IMG/VR virus record: IMGVR_UViG_3300034104_001201 | Location: 1-29,156 of that record | DNA: 29,156 nt | Source of the DNA: a virus | Lineage: Duplodnaviria > Caudoviricetes | Reading direction: 5' to 3' (one strand) | In this document: positions 8,445 through 15,829 of the stretch, one piece after another | Layout of the letters: each line of letters starts with the position of its first letter | Numbering within the stretch: position 1 is the first letter of the stretch | Notes under the pieces: model-generated | Database searches by the model: none | The model's input: only the letters and a program-made list of their open reading frames with translations | What the model was told of the DNA's origin: nothing | Made by a program: the position numbers and the translations under genes

Positions 8445-9120
8445 TTCGTTTCTCCATAAGATTCACTTCTGCTTCTACTTCATTCAAAAATTGCTTAATT
8501 TCGTTTTCCATATCTGCAATAAACTCATTATCTCGATTGACTCGAATAATTAGCAATTGGCTTCTTTCAGGCATACGAGGATCAAAGCTCACAAAGTCGC
8601 ACCATTTAGCTCCTGTAACTGACATCTGAGCTTGCATCTGAATGATGTATTTCTGAGGCGGTTCATTAGACTTTATATAGCTCCAATGGGTAGCGGAATT
8701 AGGACACTTGATCTCAATCAATCCCATTGTCATAAAAAGCGAATTTTGCTCACTATTTAAAATTTTTCCAACAAGACCATCAGGAGAGCATCCAAAGCCT
8801 TCTATTGTTGGATGATTTACAAAAGCTATCTGATCCACAAAGTTACCTGTCGAAACCTCATAAGCGACTCTAGCTTGAGGCTCTGTAGCAACTCCCCATT
8901 CCATAGCTGAATTGCTATAAGATTCTTCAATGGTCTTTGTAACTCGTTGCAAGGCAAGCTCAATCAGATAGTTTCCTCGACTAGCTGAAGCTCCTGATTT
9001 TGTCTTTGCCAATATGTCAGCAACTCTAGAGGCGGTAACTTTGCCTAAGCGGAGCTGATGCCATTCCTCAGTTCCTTGCTGTATCGCTGCAATACGATCT
9101 TCAGTCGTAAATGTAGTCAT
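8434..9120 (-). CDS. YqaJ/lambda-exonuclease family recombination nuclease
   Basis: QGTEEWHQLRLGKVTAS, AMEWG...EP.AR..YE, SPDGLV, EIKCP and QMQAQM motifs; start at 9120 with GGAG RBS. Confidence 0.93.
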   Translation of the reverse strand: MTTFTTEDRIAAIQQGTEEWHQLRLGKVTASRVADILAKTKSGASASRGNYLIELALQRVTKTIEESYSNSAMEWGVATEPQARVAYEVSTGNFVDQIAFVNHPTIEGFGCSPDGLVGKILNSEQNSLFMTMGLIEIKCPNSATHWSYIKSNEPPQKYIIQMQAQMSVTGAKWCDFVSFDPRMPERSQLLIIRVNRDNEFIADMENEIKQFLNEVEAEVNLMEKRNGN

Positions 9121-9212
9121 CACTTCTCCAAATAAATATAAATAAGAACAAACAAAATAAAGATCCAACAAATAAGACCAGTAAGAGCTAGGAATGTGAT
9201 TAAAAGTGTCAT
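9120..9212 (-). CDS. Small single-pass membrane peptide, 30 aa (not in ORF track)
   Basis: MTLLITFLALTGLICWIFILFVLIYIYLEK; AGGA RBS; TGATG coupling to the exonuclease start. Confidence 0.6.
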   Translation of the reverse strand: MTLLITFLALTGLICWIFILFVLIYIYLEK

Positions 9213-9260
9213 TTTTTCCTAGCCTCCTTTTCTCTTGCTAAGATCGCATCAAAAATAGGT

Positions 9261-9797
9261 TTAAGCTCCCAATTCTGCTTTTTTGGCATCTTTGGCAGAA
9301 GAAATCTTTGCGATTGCTGACTTGTCTTTGGAAACAACTGCATAGGCTTTGCTATACGCATCTTTTAGTTCTCCAATGTTTTTACATAAATTGATTTGTT
9401 CTAACCAAAAATTAGTTTCCTTGGTTAAATCGATTTCTTCCTCATCAGGAATATCTTCACCAGCGTAGATATACAGACCTAGACCATGCAAAGCTATAGC
9501 CTTAGCTAAACAGCGTTGCATAGCGGTATTGACCTGAAAAGCATCAGGATTAGGAATAGCTTTGTTCATGTTCATAACTGGTAACTGAGCTGTCATGGTT
9601 TTGCCAAAAGCTGTTACTGAACAAAAAACCATCAAAGTTTCGTTAAAGTAAACAGGCTCTTTGTATTCCCATGTAGCGGTTGCATCAAGCTGTAGGAGCT
9701 GATCGACTGCCCAAGCCCAAGAGAGATAGGTAAATTTACCCTTCTTCTCTGTATGCTCATTGACATTAATTCTTTTGATTTCTTGATATGTTTTCAT
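9261..9797 (-). CDS. Sak-type single-strand annealing protein (DUF1071)
   Basis: INVNEHTEKKGKFTYLSWAWA...QRCLAKAIALHGLGLYIYAGED motifs; likely start MKTYQE at 9797. Confidence 0.9.
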   Translation of the reverse strand: MKTYQEIKRINVNEHTEKKGKFTYLSWAWAVDQLLQLDATATWEYKEPVYFNETLMVFCSVTAFGKTMTAQLPVMNMNKAIPNPDAFQVNTAMQRCLAKAIALHGLGLYIYAGEDIPDEEEIDLTKETNFWLEQINLCKNIGELKDAYSKAYAVVSKDKSAIAKISSAKDAKKAELGA

Positions 9798-9807
9798 CAC
9801 TTTTCCT

Positions 9808-10098
9808 TTAGTCGTTGATTTCTGATTCTGCTGCATCTTTGGCAAAACGCTCCATGTAATCCAAAGTCATCATCATTACTTTTCTGCCAATCTTTTCATA
9901 ATCTCCAGTATCAATCATGGCTTGGAGAGAATCTGCACTTGCTACATCTAATTCGCTCAATGCCTCTGCTATAGCTGAAGCTGTTCTGTAATCGTATTTA
10001 GCTCCTACTTTCATCAGCTCATAGGTTCTATGCTCGATTTCGTCTGTGCGATCATCATAATCCTGAGGCTCGTAGTAAGCATCATGTTTAGACAGCAT
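9808..10098 (-). CDS. Hypothetical acidic protein (start MLSKHD)
   Basis: GGAGG RBS and TAATG coupling at 10098. Confidence 0.7.
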   Translation of the reverse strand: MLSKHDAYYEPQDYDDRTDEIEHRTYELMKVGAKYDYRTASAIAEALSELDVASADSLQAMIDTGDYEKIGRKVMMMTLDYMERFAKDAAESEIND

Positions 10099-10205
10099 TA
10101 GAAGCCTCCTGTTCTGTAGATATAAACAAGAGCTAGGAAGATTCCAATAGTAGCTCCCATAATCCAAGAGGCTATGACTTCCCATAATTTAGGTTCTTTT
10201 TGCAT
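10098..10205 (-). CDS. Small membrane peptide, 35 aa (not in ORF track)
   Basis: MQKEPKLWEVIASWIMGATIGIFLALVYIYRTGGF; GAAAGGA RBS; TAATG coupling to the next gene. Confidence 0.7.
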   Translation of the reverse strand: MQKEPKLWEVIASWIMGATIGIFLALVYIYRTGGF

Positions 10206-10223
10206 ACAATTTCCTTTCGTCAA

Positions 10224-10511
10224 TTAACGATCAATGCGATTAGTAATATCAAAACGATCAACATCTTGTTGCTTGTGGCGCTCTTGAGAAATAACTATTT
10301 CCATAGCAGCGCTCCAATCAGACAGAGTGCAAGCCTCAACAGCTTTTAAGCCTAGCCAACCACCAATTCTTGCATCAGCAAGTTCTTGATATAAAGAATC
10401 AATATCTAGAGCTGGTGATCCATCTTTATGCTTACCAATATGCCAAGCTGAATTTTTAATCATGGCATTTTTAATTGCTACTGCTGCTTTTTTTTGAATT
10501 TCGCTATACAT
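10224..10511 (-). CDS. Hypothetical early protein
   Basis: GAAAGGA RBS; start at 10511 or 10517; lies behind its own promoter candidate. Confidence 0.7.
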   Translation of the reverse strand: MYSEIQKKAAVAIKNAMIKNSAWHIGKHKDGSPALDIDSLYQELADARIGGWLGLKAVEACTLSDWSAAMEIVISQERHKQQDVDRFDITNRIDR

Positions 10512-10545
10512 TTTCATTCCTTTCGACACTTGTTTAAGAACTTTT

Positions 10546-10580
10546 ATTGTAACACTATAAAACACTTTGCAACACTTTTT
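10546..10580 (-). promoter_or_regulatory. Leftward promoter candidate (TTGCAA-15-TACAAT with extended -10 TGn) overlapped by three AACACT repeats
   Basis: Minus strand reads AAAAAGTGTTGCAAAGTGTTTTATAGTGTTACAAT; AACACT at 10551, 10561 and 10571 on plus. Confidence 0.55.
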
Positions 10581-10591
10581 GTTAAATATTT

Positions 10592-10614
10592 AAGAAAGCC
10601 CTATTTCTAGGGCT
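10592..10614 (-). terminator. Intrinsic terminator candidate after the first leftward gene
   Basis: Minus-strand hairpin AGCCCTA-GAAA-TAGGGCT followed by TTCTT. Confidence 0.7.
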
Positions 10615-10622
10615 ATCCACCT

Positions 10623-11270
10623 TTAGGCTGTTTCTAGCTTTCTCCAAGCCTGTGAACCCATCCAACTACGCATTTCTTTGCCATCAGAGGCTCTTGTAGC
10701 AGACCAATAAACCCTTGCTCCATCAACCTTGAAGCAAGTAAATACAGAACCTGATTCCTTGCTTAATTTCTTATCACCTACACAAATTGGGGTTACTTCC
10801 TTTTTGGCTACTTCAATCAAAGGTGTTCCATGAACCTTGTTAGCAATGTTTTCCAATTGGTTAGCAAAAAGCTCTCCACTACGAGCTTTGTTTTTTAAAG
10901 TCCAAACAATTTGATCGACTGCTTGTCTTTGCTCAAGCCAAGAGGCATCAGCAAACGCAATTTTTACATCAACCCATTTTCTAAGTTCAATATCTAAAAC
11001 TCTTTTTAATACAGACTCAAGTTTTAAAGCGCCTGATTTATATTGCTCTGCTTTAGCCAACAGCTTAGGAATTTCGGCACGAATCTCAGAAACAATACGA
11101 TCCGTTTCTATTCTAGAAACTTGCATAGGTTGGTAATGATTGCCTGAGCAAACACCTTGAAACCAACCATGCTCTACTGTGTAACCATGCTTAGACATAA
11201 GACCACCAACTACAGCTTGCTCTCTAGCACAGCATTGGCAATTACCACGAATTTGAATTTCTTTTTTCAT
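10623..11270 (-). CDS. Early protein with N-terminal zinc-finger-like motif
   Basis: GNCQCC...KHGY...FQGVCSG; own promoter and terminator. Confidence 0.75.
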   Translation of the reverse strand: MKKEIQIRGNCQCCAREQAVVGGLMSKHGYTVEHGWFQGVCSGNHYQPMQVSRIETDRIVSEIRAEIPKLLAKAEQYKSGALKLESVLKRVLDIELRKWVDVKIAFADASWLEQRQAVDQIVWTLKNKARSGELFANQLENIANKVHGTPLIEVAKKEVTPICVGDKKLSKESGSVFTCFKVDGARVYWSATRASDGKEMRSWMGSQAWRKLETA

Positions 11271-11318
11271 CTTTACTTTCCCTTCATCACTTGGTTAAAA
11301 AATTTACTGCATGGAGCG

Positions 11319-11351
11319 ATTATACACAAAAAGACAGATTGCAACACTTTT
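11319..11351 (-). promoter_or_regulatory. Leftward promoter candidate (perfect TATAAT; TTGCAA 14 bp upstream)
   Basis: Minus strand AAAAGTGTTGCAATCTGTCTTTTTGTGTATAAT; shares a 13-mer with the promoter at 10567-10579. Confidence 0.5.
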
Positions 11352-11375
11352 ATAAAATTAGTTTCTAAGTAGTTT

Positions 11376-11389
11376 CCCTAGTATTAGGG
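11376..11389. promoter_or_regulatory. Inverted repeat CCCTA-GTAT-TAGGG in the divergent control region (possible operator)
   Basis: Seen directly between the divergent genes, upstream of the Cro-like gene. Confidence 0.35.
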
Positions 11390-11446
11390 TTATGCTTTGT
11401 TTTCGTTTTGGTATATGATCTAGTCTGTTTCTTACGAAAGGATAAT

Positions 11447-11644
11447 ATGAAACCATTTGACGAATTAAAACTAGAATTTGGTGTATTGGCAAACCTCGCA
11501 AAGCCTTTAGGAGTAAGGGAAAACGCAATTTACCAATGGTCTAAACGAGGCAAAATACCTGTAAAACACATTAGAACACTCATAGAGCTATCGGAAGGCA
11601 GACTGACCAAGGAAATGCTCAGACCTGATCTTTTTAAGGGGTAA
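11447..11644 (+). CDS. Cro/YdaS-like HTH transcriptional regulator
   Basis: FG..ANLAKPLGVRENAIYQW..RGKIP....LRPDLF; GAAAGGA RBS before the ATG at 11447. Confidence 0.88.
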   Translation: MKPFDELKLEFGVLANLAKPLGVRENAIYQWSKRGKIPVKHIRTLIELSEGRLTKEMLRPDLFKG

Positions 11645-11646
11645 AG

Positions 11647-12405
11647 ATGAATTTTTACCCTTTTCACATAGGGGATTATCTGAGTCATACCTCCCATCTT
11701 ACGGATGAGGAAGATTTGGCTTACAGGCGCATGATTGACCTTTATTACCAAACCGAAGAACCTTTTACGGATACGGCTAAATTGGCTCGTAAGGTAAGGT
11801 CTAGCTTTGAGATTGTGGGCAGTCTTTTGCATGAGTTCTTTGTTTTTGAGGATGATGCTTGGCATAACAAAAGAGCTGATGTGGAAATAGCCAAATACAA
11901 AGCTATGAAAGATGGGGGTCGCAAAGGCGCATCAATAAGGTGGCATAAGGGTAGCGATACCCCCCCTATACCCCTCCCTAATCACCCCCTAATGCCAACC
12001 AAGAACCAAGAACCAAGAACCAAGAACCATATAAAAACTATACCCACTCCTGAAGGAGTGAGTTCTGATTTATGGAATGATTTTTTGGTTTATAGGAAAC
12101 GACTCAAAGCTCCTGTAACAGACCGAGTTCTTGCAAGATTGGTCAAAGAAGCCGAATTAGCCAAAATGCCTTTATCGGATGTCTTAGAAACCATCATTTT
12201 TAAGGGATGGAGATCATTCGAGGCTTCATGGGTTCAGCAAATGGCTCAGAAAGCCTCAGAAATGCCTCTAGGAAGCGACAAACAGATAGAGGAGGCATAC
12301 AGAGTCGAATGTAACGCAGATCCTCGCCTAGCTCGTTTTAACAGCTATTTCGAGATGAAGAAATTTATTCTTGACCAAAGGGACAAGAAAAGAAAGGTTG
12401 CGTGA
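11647..12405 (+). CDS. Replication initiator (DUF1376/YdaU family, lambda O-like position)
   Basis: FYPFHIGDY...T.HLT..E..AYRR.ID.YY N-terminus; internal repeats; W.DF..YRK..KAP.T C-terminal domain. Confidence 0.85.
   Translation: MNFYPFHIGDYLSHTSHLTDEEDLAYRRMIDLYYQTEEPFTDTAKLARKVRSSFEIVGSLLHEFFVFEDDAWHNKRADVEIAKYKAMKDGGRKGASIRWHKGSDTPPIPLPNHPLMPTKNQEPRTKNHIKTIPTPEGVSSDLWNDFLVYRKRLKAPVTDRVLARLVKEAELAKMPLSDVLETIIFKGWRSFEASWVQQMAQKASEMPLGSDKQIEEAYRVECNADPRLARFNSYFEMKKFILDQRDKKRKVA
11960..12030. repeat. Iteron/origin-like region: four C-tracts followed by (AACCAAG)x4 plus a partial copy
   Basis: C7, C4, C3 and C5 tracts at 11960-11989; exact 7-bp tandem repeat at 11997-12029 inside the initiator gene. 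Confidence 0.8.
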
Positions 12406-12563
12406 TGTTTAGATATTACATTTATGACGAAATGGGGGAGCTGATGCGGAAAGTCAGAACTCTGCATGAAGCTAAGGAGATTTGCAGCCTTAGATCAGGT
12501 TGGAGCTATGTTTATGTTCGACAACCTAAGCCCAAAATAATGCTTGAGGATGCGCCTTTTTAA
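12405..12563 (+). CDS. Hypothetical protein, 52 aa, ending EDAPF (not in ORF track)
   Basis: MFRYYIYDEMGELMRKVRTLHEAKEICSLRSGWSYVYVRQPKPKIMLEDAPF; TGATG and TAATG coupling on both sides. Confidence 0.75.
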   Translation: MFRYYIYDEMGELMRKVRTLHEAKEICSLRSGWSYVYVRQPKPKIMLEDAPF

Positions 12564-13579
12564 TGAAAACTTTAATTATTGAGTCCTGTGAAAAGCGTGA
12601 GATTAAGTCAAATTACACAATGGTTCATGTTAAAAACGCTGTGATTTTGAAGGAATATTTGGACTGTGATCTGATAAGTCATGCGGAGCATATTCCTAGC
12701 GTAGTAAACAATTCTTATGATGCGATTATCTGTGTTTATGCCTCTCCTTATATGAAATACAACGCTTATTTAGAGATTCTTGATAACAATCCTGAAGCTA
12801 AGGTCTTTTGGCTTATGAATGACCATGATGTTGAAGATAACATTTTGCTCAGAAAATGGACTGTCAAATACGGAAAACAATACGACATGATCTGCAACAA
12901 CCCAAGATCAGGTTACAGACCTTGGATTTTGCGTAAAAAAGTCAATGAAAAGACCTTAAATGATTGGATAAACAACTGGTTTACTGTAAATCTCAATACC
13001 CTAATATTTGACGAAAACACCTATAAACAGACAAAAAACCATGAATTTAGGGATGAAATTCTTTATTACGGCACTTTTAGGAAAAACCGAATTACAGACA
13101 TGATGGATTACAACCATGTTTCTTATCGACTTAGCTCAAATCGCAGGAATCATTTAAAGTATCAAGCTGCTGGAATCCAAGCAAAATTTATAGAAAAGCT
13201 AGTGTGGGATGGGTCTAAATGCGATTTGTTTGAGCCTGTAGGTTTGCGCCTAAAAGACTTCATGCTTTCTATTTACTTTGAGGATGAGCATACGCATGAA
13301 AACTATGCTTTTATGGCAAACCGATTTTACGAATGTCTTATGCACAATACGCTTCAAGTCTATGACTATCGCTGTCAAAAGACGATTGACCTTAGCGGTT
13401 ACAACATTCATCCAAAGCAAATAGTCAAAAATGGTGATGAGCTGCTGGAGCTGTATTCACAATTAAAAGCTGACAAAAACTTATATTTAGAATTGATGAA
13501 AGTTCAGCAATCTAATGTTGAGTTGGTTTTAAAAGAAAAGGCAGAAGTTTTAGAAAAAATCAAAAATGCTCTGCAATGA
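12563..13579 (+). CDS. GT-B glycosyltransferase resembling T4 DNA beta-glucosyltransferase
   Basis: Colinear motif matches to T4 BGT as recalled: MKTLII, YDAIICV, KVFWLMND, ILYYGTFRKNR, NRFYE, IVKNGDEL...Q; similar length. Confidence 0.7.
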   Translation: MKTLIIESCEKREIKSNYTMVHVKNAVILKEYLDCDLISHAEHIPSVVNNSYDAIICVYASPYMKYNAYLEILDNNPEAKVFWLMNDHDVEDNILLRKWTVKYGKQYDMICNNPRSGYRPWILRKKVNEKTLNDWINNWFTVNLNTLIFDENTYKQTKNHEFRDEILYYGTFRKNRITDMMDYNHVSYRLSSNRRNHLKYQAAGIQAKFIEKLVWDGSKCDLFEPVGLRLKDFMLSIYFEDEHTHENYAFMANRFYECLMHNTLQVYDYRCQKTIDLSGYNIHPKQIVKNGDELLELYSQLKADKNLYLELMKVQQSNVELVLKEKAEVLEKIKNALQ

Positions 13580-13761
13580 AAGAAGAAACTTACAGGCATC
13601 AATGCGCTGTTAGACAGCTCATAAAATGGCGCAGGATATGGGGTTTAAAGGTTTTTAGAGAGTATTTAAAAAAACATAGGTTTCATGTGAAACTTTTAAG
13701 AGATTTTGAAGATCAATGGTTGAAAGGAAATAGAGCTGATGAAAAAGGAGAATGGAAATGA
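13576..13761 (+). CDS. Hypothetical protein, 61 aa
   Basis: ATGA overlap; RHQCAVRQL...QW.KGNR....W small phage protein. Confidence 0.7.
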   Translation: MKEETYRHQCAVRQLIKWRRIWGLKVFREYLKKHRFHVKLLRDFEDQWLKGNRADEKGEWK

Positions 13762-14090
13762 ACTTAAATCAATTAAATGAAAATCGAATAGAGGAAGCAT
13801 TGATTAAGCTGTCTATGTCTGACGAGAATCATGCAAGATGGTATGGAGAGCTGAAATATCTTGAGGAAGGTCTAAAACAAGCTGAGAGTCATGCCTTTTT
13901 GCTTGCTGAAGGCACAGTTGCGGAAAGAACGGCTATAGCCAAATCTAGCGAAACTTATGCTAAAGCTGTCAAAGCGTGGACTGATGCGCTCAAGAATTTT
14001 AAGCAAATTGACAATGAAAGAAACCATGAGATCCGAATTATTGAGATTTGGAGAACTTTATCTAGCAACAGGAGGCAGGGAAATATATGA
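13752..14090 (+). CDS. Helical protein, possibly UvsY-like
   Basis: GTVAER.A.A..S..Y ... IEIWRT..SN.R motif; AGGAG RBS; function uncertain. Confidence 0.55.
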   Translation: MEMNLNQLNENRIEEALIKLSMSDENHARWYGELKYLEEGLKQAESHAFLLAEGTVAERTAIAKSSETYAKAVKAWTDALKNFKQIDNERNHEIRIIEIWRTLSSNRRQGNI

Positions 14091-14251
14091 ACGATTACGC
14101 ACTTCCATTACTAGTATTACGCAAATTAACCAAAGATTATGAGGAGGCTATGCTTTTAGGCAACAAAGGCAAAGCCTATCAAATTGGCAGCGATCTAGTA
14201 GAAATGGCGCTTAAACTTCAAGACATAGCACATGAAAATAAAAAAGTTTGA
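14087..14251 (+). CDS. Hypothetical protein, 54 aa (not in ORF track)
   Basis: MNDYALPLLVLRKLTKDYEEAMLLGNKGKAYQIGSDLVEMALKLQDIAHENKKV; ATGA overlap; fills the gap. Confidence 0.7.
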   Translation: MNDYALPLLVLRKLTKDYEEAMLLGNKGKAYQIGSDLVEMALKLQDIAHENKKV

Positions 14252-14660
14252 CCAAATTCTGCATGACCAATACGATCCTCCAGCTCGTAGAGCTGTAACG
14301 GATTGGATCAAGATGAAATGGGGTTTAGAGGCTAGAGATAATCCTGATATTTACGGAACGGATCTGATTGTTTACAGAGATGGTAAAGCTGTAGGCTTTG
14401 CAGAAGTAGAAGTCAGGTCTTGGTATCCAAACTGTCCTTATCCCACAATTCATGTTCCTGTTCGCAAAAAGCATATGCTCGAAGCGCCTAAGACTTTGTT
14501 CTTTGCGCTTACGCAAAACATGACTCATGCTTATTGGATCAAAGGTGAAAAGGCTTTAAATCATCCTGAATGGCAAATGAAAGATGATACGAAGGATGAG
14601 CTTTACTATGATGTTCCGATAGAATTGTTCAAATTTGTGGATTTAACAGAACCTTTCTAA
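14232..14660 (+). CDS. PD-(D/E)XK-like nuclease-fold protein
   Basis: PDIYGTDLIV...FAEVEVR...RKK pattern. Confidence 0.55.
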   Translation: MKIKKFDQILHDQYDPPARRAVTDWIKMKWGLEARDNPDIYGTDLIVYRDGKAVGFAEVEVRSWYPNCPYPTIHVPVRKKHMLEAPKTLFFALTQNMTHAYWIKGEKALNHPEWQMKDDTKDELYYDVPIELFKFVDLTEPF

Positions 14661-14956
14661 TGACCAAAGCTGAAAAAGAAAAATACGCTCAACTCGCTAG
14701 ACTTGGATGTATTTTATGCAGACAAAACGACATAAGAAATGTGGATGACTCACCAGTTGAGATCCATCACATAAGGCGCTTTGGTCAAAAGCGTAGCAAC
14801 TCAGAGGCGATTCCACTATGTATGTGGCATCACAGGCTTGGAGATAATTCGGTGCATAGCTTAGGACACAAAGGTTTTGCTAAATATTGGGGAATGAGTG
14901 AAGAAGATTTATTAGAAAAGACAAAGGAACTACTTGAGTTACGCAAAGAGAACTGA
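14660..14956 (+). CDS. Ref/DUF968-like HNH zinc-binding nuclease
   Basis: GCILC...EIHHIR...AIPLC.WHHR.G...H..G...F...G.SE.DLL. Confidence 0.8.
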   Translation: MTKAEKEKYAQLARLGCILCRQNDIRNVDDSPVEIHHIRRFGQKRSNSEAIPLCMWHHRLGDNSVHSLGHKGFAKYWGMSEEDLLEKTKELLELRKEN

Positions 14957-15224
14957 CAGTAACCATTCAGAAATTGTCAAAACCTTACGACAACTCGGTT
15001 GCTCAGTATTTGATTCAAGCAGAGTCGCTGGTGGCTTTCCTGATTTAGTAGTTGGAAAGAATAAAGTTACTTGCTTGGTTGAGATCAAAGCAGATGCAAA
15101 AGCAAAATACACATCAGCTCAAGAATTGTTTATGATGAACTGGAGAGGATCAACTGTCGTTAGAATTAATGATGTTGATGGTGCAATACGCTTAGTTAAA
15201 ATGCTTGACAACCATTGTAGTTAA
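14934..15224 (+). CDS. VRR-NUC-like PD-(D/E)XK nuclease (resolvase-like)
   Basis: AKR.D.N..EIV..LR..G ... GFPDLVVG....LVEIK....T.AQ; TTG start with AAGGA RBS. Confidence 0.8.
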   Translation: MSYAKRTDSNHSEIVKTLRQLGCSVFDSSRVAGGFPDLVVGKNKVTCLVEIKADAKAKYTSAQELFMMNWRGSTVVRINDVDGAIRLVKMLDNHCS

Positions 15225-15232
15225 GCGAAAAT
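15205..15232 (+). promoter_or_regulatory. Candidate sigma70 late promoter (TTGACA-16-GAAAAT)
   Basis: Perfect -35 at the end of the nin-like region, just ahead of the late genes. Confidence 0.5.
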
Positions 15233-15267
15233 AAAGCCTCTAATCCCATTTCTATAGGAGAAAAAAC

Positions 15268-15477
15268 ATGGGCAAAATGGATTCTATGAAGGGTATTCCT
15301 TCAGTAACAGGTGCTAAAGCTCCTGCTGGCGCAACTTCATCTGATAAAACTGGTGAGCGCATGGGTAAAAAAGATGGTGGTGTAGGCATGGGAATGAAAG
15401 ATGCTGTTGGTAGCGACAAGCTCTTTAATACAGGTCGCACTTCAGGCATTTGCTACACTCATAAGCGTGGCTGCTAA
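15268..15477 (+). CDS. Small Gly/Lys/Met-rich protein
   Basis: Strong AGGAG RBS; 69 aa low-complexity basic protein. Confidence 0.75.
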   Translation: MGKMDSMKGIPSVTGAKAPAGATSSDKTGERMGKKDGGVGMGMKDAVGSDKLFNTGRTSGICYTHKRGC

Positions 15478-15485
15478 AAAGCGAA

Positions 15486-15513
15486 ATCCCCTAGCGTGAA
15501 GGTTCTAGGGGAT
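15486..15513 (+). other. Stem-loop ATCCCCTAG-N10-CTAGGGGAT (terminator or RNA processing site)
   Basis: 9-bp perfect stem after the first late gene; no clear U-tract on plus. Confidence 0.5.
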
Positions 15514-15544
15514 CTCTAACCAAGCAACAAATCGGAGATGTTGA

Positions 15545-15829
15545 ATGGCTGATTTAAATTCTAAAGATGGATGTAATTCCTGTATATATTTTCTATTCCA
15601 AGAAAATGATTTTATGGGTTTATGCAGACGATACCCAACATACCAAAACCGACATGGTTCGGAATGGTGTGGCGAATTCGTCATTGTTCCTCCTAATCCT
15701 GTCTTTGAAACAATGGTTCAAGACATTGAGATTGTCGCAATCGAAAAGCGCAAAAAGCTCATGGAAGATGCTTCCTTTGTAGCTCCTAAACCAAAAGGCA
15801 GACCAAGAAAGGTTAAAGATGAAACTTAA
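15545..15829 (+). CDS. Cys-rich metal-binding protein with AT-hook-like tail
   Basis: CNSC...GLCRRYP...WCGEF; C-terminal KPKGRPRK. Confidence 0.7.
   Translation: MADLNSKDGCNSCIYFLFQENDFMGLCRRYPTYQNRHGSEWCGEFVIVPPNPVFETMVQDIEIVAIEKRKKLMEDASFVAPKPKGRPRKVKDET

Noticed and set aside
9209-9289. 26-aa minus-strand ORF MPKKQNWELKPIFDAILAREKEARKK overlapping the Sak end (possible mini-gene or frameshift extension)
   Set aside because: No RBS and no clear slippery site; the ATGA overlap alone is insufficient
7849-10565. Longer ORF-track starts for the leftward genes (8100, 9171, 9845, 10185, 10565)
   Set aside because: Downstream ATGs have clear RBSs, and the extensions overlap better-supported small genes or promoter DNA
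11997-12029. Tandem repeat as CRISPR or contingency locus
   Set aside because: 7-bp units with no spacers and no cas genes; better explained as origin repeats inside the initiator gene
14232-15224. Three adjacent nucleases as a restriction or defence partner of the glycosyltransferase
   Set aside because: They match ordinary nin-region families and nothing in the sequence links them specifically to the glycosyltransferase
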